Position numbers and translations under genes: made by a program. Positions 12,436 to 24,200 of a stretch of 60,392 nucleotides of DNA are shown here, piece by piece (the stretch's first letter is position 1; each line of letters starts with the position of its first letter). The notes under the pieces are model-generated. The model worked only from the letters and a program-made list of their open reading frames with translations, made no database searches and was not told the DNA's origin. This DNA comes from Octopus bimaculoides (lineage: Eukaryota): positions 26,690,308 to 26,750,699 of the forward strand of contig NC_068994.1 in the NCBI RefSeq assembly GCF_001194135.2, given 5' to 3'.

Positions 12436-13744
12436 ATTACACACGCACGCACGCACACACACGCACGCACGCACGCACACACACGCACGCACACACACAC
12501 ACACACATGCTTGTAAATATGTGCATGAATTCAATGTAGAAATGTATATTGTTACTATAAAACAACAGCTATCAGAATAACAACAAAGTTATTACTCCAT
12601 TACTATTAACTATATCTCCAACAGCAATAACTCTGCAGTCATTACAACCACCAGCATCTTTGATATCATCAGCAGCACAAGAACAACAACACCAGCATTA
12701 TCTCCACAATCGTTGCTAATACTGATGTACACTCAATACATTAAATTTAATCTACCAAATCTTCAGGTTATACCATGATAAAAACAGATAAATAATATGT
12801 TGTTAAGTTGAAGTCCTAAAGATGTATTGTGTAATCTTATAAATTTTATACATCTGTACATGTCTGCTTATATGATATTATGTCACAATATAATCTCTTA
12901 ATGAAACATTTTAGATATGTCTTGAAATCTGTTTGTCTGCTTTATTAGTATATTTCACCATTCCTAAAGTTCTATGTTATTTTGGATAATCTTGGTTTTG
13001 CTGCATGCTGAACACCAGTAAACTTTGCTTCATTGATGCAGTCTCTGCAAACTGACTGGATTGTTTCATTTGTTGATTTGTGTCATACTGTCTAGTCATC
13101 ATAAATTGTGTGCTTCATATTGATGTGCCTTGCAATATTCAATAGATCCCCATCAAATTAACACACACATGCATGCACACACACATATGCACATACATGC
13201 ACACATGTGCACACACACACACAATGAAAAAATAAATATAAGATACAAGGATTGAGGTGTAGGAAGAAAGTTAGCTTCAAGCAAACCATAGTAAATATAA
13301 AAAACAACTTTCAGGGATAACAGTGGTTTATTGAGACAGAAGGTTGTGGATTTTTTTTTCTTATTGAAGTACAATAAATTGAAAAAGGTTCTTTTTATAT
13401 TTCATGGTGCACAACCAGGGTTGCTGGGTATGCAAATAAGAATACAAGAGTTAAGGAATGGAGCTGATAAGATCCGGGCTACNNNNNNNNNNNNNNNNNN
13501 NNNNNNNNNNNNNNNNNNNNNNNNNNNNNNNNNNNNNNNNNNNNNNNNNNNNNNNNNNNNNNNNNNNNNNNNNNNNNNNNNNNNNNNNNNNNNNNNNNNN
13601 NNNNNNNNNNNNNNNNNNNNNNNNNNNNNNNNNNNNNNNNNNNNNNNNNNNNNNNNNNNNNNNNNNNNNNNNNNNNNNNNNNNNNNNNNNNNNNNNNNNN
13701 NNNNNNNNNNNNNNTATATATAAATATATATATATATAAATATA

Positions 13745-13776
<32 letters not shown>

Positions 13777-14189
13777 AGGATGAAATCGTCAGAAATTTTA
13801 TCAGTGGCCAACATATAAATTAGACCTATTAAGGTGAATTCATAAACAGTGAATTCATAACAGTATAAAATATAATTATAATTAAGGGCACAGAGGGTAC
13901 CATGCCTATATGCTGAAAATAGATGTTAAATCATTGAACCACTTTAAATCATCACTTTATAATGCACACATGTTGAATAGGCTGACAGAAATTCATAAAA
14001 TAATTCTGATAGCCTTGGATTAATCAATATCTGGATTAGTCTAATGATTTTTCCTCATCAACAAAGCATACTGCAGGAAATAAATGAGACATTTATACGT
14101 ACCCACAGAAAAGCAAGCACAATGCTGTGATTACATACACATACCACAAATAATTTTTAATGATTTTATCCTTTATTATTATAATTGAA

Positions 14190-14590
14190 AAGTGGAGGCG
14201 CAATGGCCCAGTGGTTAGGGCAACGGACTCATGGTCATGGGATCGCGGTTTCGATTCCCAGACCGGGCGTTGTGAGTGTTTATTGAGCGAAAACACCTAA
14301 AGCTCCACGAGGCTCCAGTAGGGGATGGTGGCGAACCCTGCTGTACTCTTTCACCACAACTTTCTCTCACTCTTACTTCCTGTTTCTGTTGTGCCTGTAA
14401 TTCAAAGGGCCAGCCTTGTCACACTGTGTCACGCTGAATATCCCCGAGAACTACGTTAAGGGTACACGTGTCTGTGGAGTGCTCAGCCACTTGCACGTTA
14501 ATTTCACGAGCAGGCTGTTCTGTTGCTCAGATCAACTGGAACCCTTGACATCGTAAGCGACGGAGTGCCAACAACAACAACAACAACAAG
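14190..14590 (+). mobile_element. SINE family C (tRNA-derived), full length with TSD
   Basis: Head ggcgcaatggcccagtggttagg...gtttcgattccc; (caa)n tail; 11-bp TSD ttataattgaa (14179-14189 and 14591-14601); close to the 34646 copy. Confidence 0.9.
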
Positions 14591-14780
14591 TTATAATTGA
14601 ATAATTTCCTTTCACTTCAGGATAGTTTAGTCACTTCCGTACTACTCTGACCAAATACACACGTCTTGTGGTAGTCTATGAAATTTGTTGCAGATATATC
14701 GGTGGTATTTGTATGTAATCACAGCTTGCATTTGCTTTTCTATAGGTATGTATAAACGTCTCATTTATTTTCCTCACTAT

Positions 14781-14834
14781 GCTTTGCTGATGAGGAAAAG
14801 TCATTAGACTAATCCAAAAATTGATCATTCAAAG
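14781..14834 (+). ncRNA. Type I hammerhead ribozyme relic
   Basis: ctttg-CTGATGA-stem II (gga..agtc atta gact..tcc)-aaaa (GAAA mutated)-attgatca-tt-caaag; stem I ctttg/caaag. Confidence 0.45.
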
Positions 14835-15244
14835 GCTATCTGAATTATCTTATGAATTTCTGTCAGCCTACTCTCACTTTCAACATGTGTATATTATAAA
14901 AGTGATGATTTAAAGTTGTTTGATGATTTAACATCTATTTTCAGCACATAAGCATGGTACCCTCTGTGCCCTTAATTATAATTGTTTCTTATACCATTAT
15001 AAATATCTATATATCAATTCACCTTAATAGATCTATTTTATATGCTGGCCACTGATAAAATTTTTAACGATTTTATCTTTTATTATTATAGTTGAATATT
15101 TTCCATTCACTTCAAGACAGTTTAGTCAATTCCATACTTCTATGACCAAATACACACATGTTGAGGTAGACTATGAAATTTGATGTGGGTATATCTGGAG
15201 TATTTGTATGTAATCACAGCTTTGCATTTGCTTTTCTTTGGGTA

Positions 15245-15800
15245 CACAATCACTTGAGAATTTCTACGATTCACCTCAGCATCCACAGTGAACTTCTTGT
15301 TCACAAACACAAGAGCTTTTCCTGCACCTTGATGCTTGATGAATGACAGACGTTTTGGGCATCTCTCAGCTCTGATTGCTTATCCCTTGGCTGTTAGGAG
15401 GTGATGGTGTTGCCAAACATAGCTAGTCATGCCAAGGTTTCTGTTCACAGCTCTGGACACCGTGGAAAAGGAGACATTGTGTTTCTTTGCAAGAGTTGTC
15501 ACGGATGTGGATGGGTTGGCTTCAATCAAGCATTTGAGGACAGCAAGAAACTTTGGATTGCACTTGGAATCACTTCAAGTCTTGTGTTCTTTTCTATTAA
15601 TCTTTCCCTCTTCTTTAAATTGTTTATACACATGATAAACTATTGCATTTGGAAGTTTTGTCAACTTAACAATTTTATTGGCAGTTTCCCCAGCACGTGC
15701 CAAAATAACAGTGGTGGAATGATTCTGTTGTTCTGTGACTTTCTGTTGTCAAATCAGTTCACTATTTATCTGAAAAATAAAGAGGGGGATTAGGTTTTCA
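15245..15800 (-). mobile_element. maT/DD37D-like transposase, N-terminal half (pseudogene)
   Basis: Minus strand LIEANPSTSVTTLAKKHNVSFSTVSRAV and KKFTVDAEVNRRNSQVI. Confidence 0.7.
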
Positions 15801-15945
15801 AGCAAGCAAGGTTTTGTTGAGAAATGAAATGTTAAATCCACTAAGTCAACTGCTTAAAATTGCTCTCAATTTATCTGCAAGACCCTGTACATACATATAC
15901 AGTCATATATACATTTATATACATATATATATATATATATACACA

Positions 15946-15987
<42 letters not shown>

Positions 15988-16299
15988 ATATATAATAATA
16001 AGGGTGATAAATTGGGTATTAATTTAATTAACACCAATTTAAAACCAGTGGCCTAGCATAAAGAAAATTCTAAAAATTTAGAAAAATTATATTACATATA
16101 TGTGAGAAGGGATGACCACTAAGTGGACCCCCTTTGTGCTAGAAATCGATCATCAATGGTCAAACCACAAAAGAAAAGAATGTTCTCCAGGGAAATTCAG
16201 CGCACACCAGAACATGAACAAGACAAATGAAAATATACAAAAAGTAAAGAATTAGTCGTAGACTGGTCTATGACTAATTCTTTATTTTTTGTATTTCAT

Positions 16300-16500
16300 A
16301 TTTCGGTATTTTGTCTGCCATTACGTTCTGAGTTCAAATTCCTCCAAGGTCAACTTTGCTTTTCATCCTTTCGGGGTCAATAATTTAAGTACCAGTTACG
16401 CACTGGGGTTGATGTAATCGACTTAATCCCTTTGTCTGTCCTTGTTTGTCTCCTCTATGTTTAGCCCCTTGTGAGCAATAAAGAAATAAGAAACTGAAGG
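16300..16500 (+). mobile_element. SINE family B
   Basis: ttctgagttcaaattc...gactttgcttttcatcctttcggggtc...aagtaccagttacgcactgggg. Confidence 0.75.
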
Positions 16501-16925
16501 ATGCCAATCATGTGTGTGTGTGTGTCTTTGTTTTGACATCACTTTGACATCTCATATGTGACACAGAATGCTAATGTACAGCATGAACATTAGATCATTG
16601 TAAACAAATAATCTGTGCAGGTTGTACTGCAAGAAATTGCAAAACCATCTTTCTCAGACTAGAGAGACTACCATTATCATTATTACATACAAACACATAC
16701 ATATATTGGTTTCAAATTTTGGCACAAGGCCAAGAATTTTTTGGGGTGGGGTAAATTGATTGCATCAATCCCAGTGTTCAACTGGTATTTATTTTATTGA
16801 CCCCGAAATGATAAACAGCAAAGTTGACCTCAGCAGAATTTGAACTCAGAACATAAAGACAGATGAAATATTTACATTATTTACATTGGATGGAAATGTG
16901 TCCTCATCTTGTTTGTTGTTACCAT

Positions 16926-16967
16926 AATGTTTCGGCTGATTTACTCTCCACCCTTCATCAGGTGTCC
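16926..16967 (-). ncRNA. Minimal type I HHR motif in the inverted 5' pLTR (degenerate)
   Basis: Minus strand ggacac-CTGATGA-agggtg-gagagtaaat-cagcc-GAAAC-att. Confidence 0.55.
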
Positions 16968-18031
16968 TGGTAGAATGGGTTCTCATTCCTAAGGTATTTT
17001 TTTGCTGTTAGCTATGGGTTCACCATTATCATCAATAATAGCCAATATATACATGGAATACTTTGAGAATTTGGCTTTAGGATCAACACCACTAAAGCCA
17101 ACCTTATGGCTTTGATACATTGATGACACCTTTATAGTCTGGCCCTACCAGGAAGATGTCCAAGTACTGCTAGATCATGTGAACTCAAAAGAGACATTCA
17201 TACAGTTCACGATGGAAAAGGAAAAAGACAATCAGCTAGCATTCTTGGATGTATTCATAGCACACAATAAGCATCTGTATACCACCACAAGCCAACCTTC
17301 ACAGGAAGTTACCTCAATTTCAATTCCCGCATACAGTGTAAAGACAGGGATTGCTCAGTGCCTAAAACATTGAGCAATGAATATAAGTAGCGATCCTGAT
17401 GCACACCACGAAGAAATGATCAAGCTAAGTAACAATCTATTAATCAACAACTACCCCAAAAAATCATGCTATCTGCTCCAATTAGGAAGAGGAGAGAGGA
17501 TGAAATCTATAAACTGACCACAGTTTGACCCTATGTGAAAGACCTCTCAGAAAAGATGCAAAAGATATGAGATCCATATGTCATCAGGACTGTATTCAAG
17601 AGTAATACAACACTTTGAAAATATCTCAATTGAGTAAAACCACCAATAGAAGAGAATATGACCAAAGACTGCGTGTACTCCATCCCCCGCAGTTGTGGTA
17701 GGTTATATAAAGGCAAAACATGCCGCCTTCTCAAATTAAGAGTAGAGGAACATCATAAAGCTGTGACACAATGACATGTTGAAAAATCGGGTATAGCTGC
17801 TCATGTATGGAAAAGTAGAAACCACCTTCCCCTGTGGGATGAAGTTAAAATAATAGACAGAGAACAGCACTGCAAAATAGGAAAACTAAAAGAGACAGCA
17901 TATATTGCTAGGACAAAATAAGCTCTTAAGTAGATCTAGTGCAGATATAAGTAGAATATAGGAACTGGTATTAAAGAAAAATACAAAAATATTAAGTTTC
18001 TAAGCCCTAAAATTCACTCTATAATTCCCAC

Positions 18032-18103
18032 GGGCATATAGCATAATAGTTAAGAGCATGGGCTACTAATCCCAAGATTCCAAGTTCAATTCCAGGCAGT
18101 GCC
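18032..18103 (+). other. tRNA-like sequence (Pol III A/B boxes) inside the PLE 3' region
   Basis: 72 nt; acceptor-like ggcat/gtgcc, A-box-like tagcataatagttaag, tggg-ctactaat-ccca arm, B-box-like agttcaattc; imperfect T-arm. Confidence 0.6.
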
Positions 18104-18188
18104 TTGAATAAATAACAATAATAATAATAACATCAGTAAAAAAATACCTTAGGAAAGAGAACCCAGGGTTGGGTTCAAAATTCTACCA

Positions 18189-18235
18189 GGACACCTGATG
18201 AAGGCTGGAGATTAAATCAACTGAAACGTTTTGGT
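18189..18235 (+). ncRNA. Minimal type I HHR motif in the 3' pLTR
   Basis: ggacac-CTGATGA(18195-18201)-aggctg-gagattaaat-caact-GAAACGTT (palindromic ACGT in place of helix III). Confidence 0.65.
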
Positions 18236-18464
18236 AATAACAAACAAGATGAGGACACATATCCGTCCAATGTAAATAATGTACAAAATTCCTCATCTCT
18301 AAAATATAGAACAGATGAAATATTGTTAAGCATTTTTACCCAGTGTGTAAATGATTCGGCCAGCTTGCTGCCTTACATGCATACATATATTATAAGCACA
18401 GGTATGTATGCGTATATGTGAATGAGTGTGCGAATCATCATTTAACTTGTATTAATTTTTAAAA

Positions 18465-18850
18465 AAATCTTTTTCTTGTTTTTGTCATTTGACTGTGGCC
18501 ATGCTGGGGCACTGCCTTGAGTTTTAGTCAAACAAATCAACCCCAGAACTTATCTTTTAAGCTTAGTACTTATTCCATCAACTACTTTTGTCAAGCCACT
18601 AAGTTACAGGAGTGTAAACAGACCAACACTGGTTGCCAAGTGGTGGTGGGGGACATATACAGACACAAAGATACACACACACACACTTCCTTTAGTTTCT
18701 GCTCACCAAATCCACTCGCAAGGCTTTGGTTGTCCTGAGGCTATATAAGAAGACACTTGCCCAAGGTGCCATGTTGAACCTGGAACCATGCAAACTTGGA
18801 ACTATGTGGTTGGGAAGGAAGCTTCTTACCCCAGAACCACATTTGCACCT
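18465..18850 (-). mobile_element. SINE family A, diverged
   Basis: Similar to 6599-6952. Confidence 0.75.
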
Positions 18851-19054
18851 TTGGTCACACCAAGTTTATTGGAGGCAGATTTTCTATGACCATCCCTTTC
18901 CTTTCATCAACCCTCAATTACTTCCAAGCAAGGTAATAATTCCTGTGGTCAGACGTTTCAGTTGAAGAAAAGGGAAAGAATAATGTTGCCTGTATGATGG
19001 TGTGGCTCATATACAATCATTATATGATGTCAAGACCAAGCTGTTTTCAAACAG

Positions 19055-19215
19055 ATGCATACAAAACAGGTTTCTTTCAGTTTCCATTACCCAAAGCCAC
19101 TCTCAAGGTTGTGTGGTCAGTTAAAGTAGAAAATATTTGCTGCACAGTGGGACCAAACCTAAGACCATACGGTTGAGAATCAAACTTCTCAACATAGCCA
19201 TGCCAGCACCTGTAC
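19055..19215 (-). mobile_element. SINE family A head, diverged
   Basis: ttctttcagtttcc...atagtagaa...acatagccatgcc. Confidence 0.55.
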
Positions 19216-19759
19216 ATATATATATACAAATATGCATATACATTTATATATATATATACATACATATATGTGCATACATACATACATACATAAGCTTTTA
19301 CATTTATATATATATATACATACATATATGTGCATACATACATACATACATACATACATAAGCTTTTATATATATATATATATATATATATTTGAAGAGA
19401 GAGAGAGAAAGATCTTTGATGTTTATACATCAATTTTGCTCCCTACCCTCTCTGTCTCTCTTTCACCCTATACATTTATATATACAGTATAATTTCCCAT
19501 GATATAAACCCAATTCTTTTGTTTTCGTTAATCCACATATATATTCCACATTTTTTTCTCTTCATCACAATGGAGAAAACCACTACTCGTTAAATGATTT
19601 TTTATGGCATATTGTTTCTGCGTACGTGTGCACGTGCACACTTGTATGTGTGTGTGTGGTGCATGTATGTGTTTGTGCTTTATGTTTGTGAATATGTGGG
19701 AGTTTGTATGTGCATATATATATATGTGTGTATAAATATATGTATATATATACGTCTAT

Positions 19760-19795
<36 letters not shown>

Positions 19796-19805
19796 NNNNN
19801 NNNNN

Positions 19806-19851
<46 letters not shown>

Positions 19852-20267
19852 ATGTGTGTGTATGAGCACGTGCATTGTTCATGTGTGTATAGTTGTGTAT
19901 GTGTTTGTGTGAGATGAACAGTATCTAATATAAAAATTATCACACATATCATGTCTGGCTAAATTAATCTTTGGTGTCTGATTTTTCCACAGTTAATAAC
20001 ATCAAGAAATATAACGTTCATATCACCAGAACTGCATGTATATATTTATGTATGTGTGTGTGTGTGTATGTGTATGTATGTGTGTATATGTGTATGTATA
20101 TATGTATGTATCAATGTATGTGCGTGTGTGTGTATGTATGTTTAAGTATGCAGGCAAATATGTCTATAAATACTCTTACACATTTCGTGGGCTTTGTTAT
20201 TTGTCATATTTTATGTAGGCTATGTCTGCCTGTTTGTCTCTGTCTGTCCGTCAGTCTGTCTAACTGT

Positions 20268-20339
<72 letters not shown>

Positions 20340-20457
20340 TTTGTAGACATCATAAATCCAGAGAAGTGCACTCCAAGATGTATATATATACTGTAATCTA
20401 TATGAGTGTGTATAATATATGCGACAAATATATGTAACGTATATATTCTTTTATTCT

Positions 20458-20840
20458 TTTCTTCTTTTACTTGCTTTAGTCATTTGAGCACAGTCATGGA
20501 GCACCGCCTTTAGTCGAGCAAATCAACCCCAGAACTTATTCTTTGTAAGCCTAGTACTTATTTTATCGCTCTCTTTTGCCAAGTTACAGGGATGTAAACA
20601 CACCAACATCAAGCAATGGTGGAAGGACAAACACAGACACGCAAGTACACACTCACAGACACACACATATATATATATATACAACAAGCTTCTTTCAGTT
20701 TTCATCTACCAAATTTGTTCACAAGGCTTTGGTCAGCCTGAGGTTATAGTAGAAGACACCCATGTGCCATGCAGTAGGACTGAACCTGGAACCGTGTGGT
20801 TGGGAAGCAAGCTTCTTACCACACAGCCACACCTGCACAT
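20458..20840 (-). mobile_element. SINE family A
   Basis: Similar to 6599-6952. Confidence 0.8.
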
Positions 20841-20873
20841 ACATATATATATATATATGTATATATATGTATA

Positions 20874-21270
20874 TCATCATCATCATCGTTTAAGGGCCGC
20901 TTTCCATGCTAGCATGGGTTGAATGATTTGCTTGAGGACTGGTGAACCAGATGGCTACACCAGGCCCCAATCTGATTTGGTAGAGTTTCTACAGCTGGAT
21001 GCCCTTCCTAATGCCAACTACTCCAAGAGTATAGTGGGTGCTTTTACGAAGGCCAGTCAGGAGGTGCTGGCAACGGCCACGCTCGAAATGGTGTATTTTA
21101 CGTGCCACCTGCACAGGAGCCAGTCCAGCGGTACTGGCAACGATCTCGCTCGAATGTCTTTTCACGTGCCACTGGCACAAGTGCCAGGAAGGTGACGTTG
21201 GTAATGATCACGCTCAAATGCTGCTATTTACATGCCACTAGCACAGAAGCCAGACAGCTGGTGCTCTGAC
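20874..21270 (-). mobile_element. RTE 3'UTR copy with tandem units (runs into gap)
   Basis: Similar to 11534-12150. Confidence 0.8.
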
Positions 21271-21507
21271 NNNNNNNNNNNNNNNNNNNNNNNNNNNNNN
21301 NNNNNNNNNNNNNNNNNNNNNNNNNNNNNNNNNNNNNNNNNNNNNNNNNNNNNNNNNNNNNNNNNNNNNNNNNNNNNNNNNNNNNNNNNNNNNNNNNNNN
21401 NNNNNNNNNNNNNNNNNNNNNNNNNNNNNNNNNNNNNNNNNNNNNNNNNNNNNNNNNNNNNNNNNNNNNNNNNNNNNNNNNNNNNNNNNNNNNNNNNNNN
21501 NNNNNAA

Positions 21508-21762
21508 GGGAATATGTGGTACTCATCAACTTGTAGACACTGTACTATGTCAATTTACCTGTTTATTTTTCAACGAAGAGGACAATAAAAACAATATACA
21601 AACACATATGACACACTATGTCATATCAGCAATTAAAAATTAAAAATGACATAGTGTGTCATATGTGTTTGTATATTGTTTTTACTGTCCTCTTGATTGA
21701 AAAATAAACAGGTAAATTGACATAGTACAGTGTCTGCAAGTTGATGAGTACCACATATTCCC
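21508..21762. repeat. Near-perfect palindrome: 117-bp arms, 21-nt spacer
   Basis: 21508-21624 is the reverse complement of 21646-21762 with about 4 mismatches. Confidence 0.95.
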
Positions 21763-21814
21763 CTCCATTCTCTTATTGCTATATAAATTTAGGGTAAAAT
21801 TTCCTTTTACTCAC

Positions 21815-21841
21815 ACCCATTTATTGCACTTGGTAAAAACG
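21815..21841 (-). CDS. Candidate 27-nt exon (xFLPSAING or VFTKCNKWV)
   Basis: Acceptor ttattatttcactag, donor GGT|gtgagt; no homology evidence. Confidence 0.2.
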
Positions 21842-22825
21842 CTAGTGAAATAATAATTGGGTATCCTCCCAACAGTATATTGGATAGATATTATTCCTTA
21901 GTGGGTTGGATTGACAACCCCTAACTTTCTTGGATTATATATATATATATATATATATATNNNNNNNNNNNNNNNNNNNNNNNNNNNNNNNNNNNNNNNN
22001 NNNNNNNNNNNNNNNNNNNNNNNNNNNNNNNNNNNNNNNNNNNNNNNNNNNNNNNNNNNNNNNNNNNNNNNNNNNNNNNNNNNNNNNNNNNNNNNNNNNN
22101 NNNNNNNNNNNNNNNNNNNNNNNNNNNNNNNNNNNNNNNNNNNNNNNNNNNNNNNNNNNNNNNNNNNNNNNNNNNNNNNNNNNNNNNNNNNNNNNNNNNN
22201 NNNNNNNNNNNNNNNNNNNNNNNNNNNNNNNNNNNNNNNNNNNNNNNNNNNNNNNNNNNNNNNNNNNNNNNNNNNNNNNNNNNNNNNNNNNNNNNNNNNN
22301 NNNNNNNNNNNNNNNNNNNNNNNNNNNNNNNNNNNNNNNNNNNNNNNNNNNNNNNNNNNNNNNNNNNNNNNNNNNNNNNNNNNNNNNNNNNNNNNNNNNN
22401 NNNNNNNNNNNNNNNNNNNNNNNNNNNNNNNNNNNNNNNNNNNNNNNNNNNNNNNNNNNNNNNNNNNNNNNNNNNNNNNNNNNNNNNNNNNNNNNNNNNN
22501 NNNNNNNNNNNNNNNNNNNNNNNNNNNNNNNNNNNNNNNNNNNNNNNNNNNNNNNNNNNNNNNNNNNNNNNNNNNNNNNNNNNNNNNNNNNNNNNNNNNN
22601 NNNNNNNNNNNNNNNNNNNNNNNNNNNNNNNNNNNNNNNNNNNNNNNNNNNNNNNNNNNNNNNNNNNNNNNNNNNNNNNNNNNNNNNNNNNNNNNNNNNN
22701 NNNNNNNNNNNNNNNNNNNNNNNNNNNNNNNNNNNNNNNNNNNNNNNNNNNNNNNNNNNNNNNNNNNNNNNNNNNNNNNNNNNNNNNNNNNNNNNNNNNN
22801 NNNNNNNNNNNNNNNNNNNNNNNNN

Positions 22826-22858
<33 letters not shown>

Positions 22859-22859
22859 C

Positions 22860-23150
22860 ATAGACTCTCCCATCATTAGATGACGTATGAGAGTTTGGCA
22901 ATTTTCACCGAACAACCACACAGATGATTTGTTTATAGTGATCAAATGTTTGTGTACACATAAGCTCAGTCCCTCCATCAAATTGACATTATCTGTACAG
23001 GTGCGCTGTGTGCTACATGTCAGATGACGAAGTGGACATAGAGCAACATGAAATGAAATGTTTTCCTCAAGAGCACAATGCAACACCTGGTCTGGGAATC
23101 AAACCCATGATCTTGCAGTCATGAGTGCAATACACTAACCACTAAGCCAT
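22860..23150 (-). mobile_element. Diverged tRNA-derived SINE (family C-like head)
   Basis: Minus strand atggcttagtggttagtg...gggtttgattcccagacc. Confidence 0.55.
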
Positions 23151-23155
23151 ATATG

Positions 23156-23380
23156 TATCATCATCATCATCATCATCGTTTAACGTCCGCTTTCCATGCT
23201 AGCATGGGTTGGACGATTTGACTGAGGACTGGTGAAACCAGATGGCTACACCAGGCTCCAATCTGATTTGGCAGAGTTTCTACAGCTGGATGCCCTTCCT
23301 AACGCCAACCACTCCGAGAGTGTAGTGGGTGCTTTTACGTGCCACCGGCATGAGGGCCAGTCAGGCGGTACTGGCAACGA
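23156..23380 (-). mobile_element. RTE 3'UTR copy, 5'-truncated (one unit)
   Basis: Similar to 11534-11760. Confidence 0.85.
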
Positions 23381-23613
23381 TATATGTATATATATATATA
23401 TATATGTATGTATGTCATTATTCAGTTTATTTCAAGATTTCTTGCCAATAGAGAAAGAATTGGTTTCTAACCTTGATCCAAGGTTCCTTCATTGGAATTT
23501 CAAAATTCCAACATCAACAACAGGGTATTTTTGTTTGTTTGTATGTATGTATGCATGTATGTATGTGAAGATTTGTATATATTCTCATGCATAGAGTTAC
23601 ATATTTCTATATG

Positions 23614-23772
23614 TCATCATCATCATCATCGTCATTTAACGTCCGCTTTCCATGCTGGCATGGGTTGGACGGTTTGACTGAGGACTGGTGAAACCAGATG
23701 GCTACACCAGGCTCCAATCTGATTTGGCAGAGTTTCTACAGCTGGATACCCTTCCTAACGCCAACCACTCAG
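23614..23772 (-). mobile_element. RTE 3'UTR copy, short
   Basis: Similar to 11534-11690. Confidence 0.85.
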
Positions 23773-23776
23773 ATAC

Positions 23777-23827
<51 letters not shown>

Positions 23828-23889
23828 GATACACATACATGTCTGTCCCTCTCTAACACCACTGTTTTTACCAACACCTACAACTACTT

Positions 23890-24200
23890 CTTCCATGTCA
23901 CTGACTCCGACGCTTGAATCTCTAGCAATCTGATTTATTGCATCCTCTGATCTCTTTGCCACTCCCTATACATTAAATAAACTGATTGGCACCTAGCTTA
24001 CCAGTTTACTAAACATTTTCCAGACATCAGACTCAGTAATGACATCCTAGTCTTACACCATTTCCACTCAACTGGTCATTCTCGGCAACATCTGACTATG
24101 TTCAAACTGGCCTTGCACAGAGGTCACCCAGATTCCCATCTACAATTTGAGTAGGAATTAATTTTCTCTCTCCATACTTCATATTTCAGTCCCTCTCCAT
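23890..24200 (+). mobile_element. PLE GIY-YIG endonuclease fragment (pseudogene)
   Basis: SNLIYCIL*SLCHSLYIK*T..LAYQFTKH and HHFHSTGHS...E*ELIFSL. Confidence 0.6.

Larger units (their letters stand above)
13765..15245. repeat. Inverted plus tandem ~505-bp non-coding unit with an HHR-like motif (PLE pLTR or retrozyme-like)
   Basis: ~13765-14145 is the diverged reverse complement of ~14700-15090; ~15060-15245 repeats ~14150-14750 without the SINE. Confidence 0.75.
16873..18310 (+). mobile_element. 5'-truncated Penelope-like element with inverted pLTRs and TSD
   Basis: AMGSPLSSIIANIYME (~17010), IDDTF, FTMEKEKDNQLAFLD, GIY-YIG-like CVYSIPRSCG..YKGKT; inverted repeat 16873-17003 vs ~18136-18290; TSD 16859-16872 and 18311-18324. 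Confidence 0.9.
16700..18375 (-). mobile_element. SINE family B split in two (16700-16872 and 18311-18375) by a PLE insertion
   Basis: The two halves join across the 14-bp duplication acagatgaaatatt. Confidence 0.7.

Noticed and set aside
18032-18103. Functional tRNA gene
   Set aside because: Broken T-arm pairing, an irregular anticodon loop and location inside a retroelement; treated as tRNA-derived.
19991-20385. Two possible plus-strand phase-1 exons (NNIKKYNVHITRTA; IINPEKCTPR)
   Set aside because: Both donors are T|gtatat formed by adjoining microsatellite, so probably coincidental.
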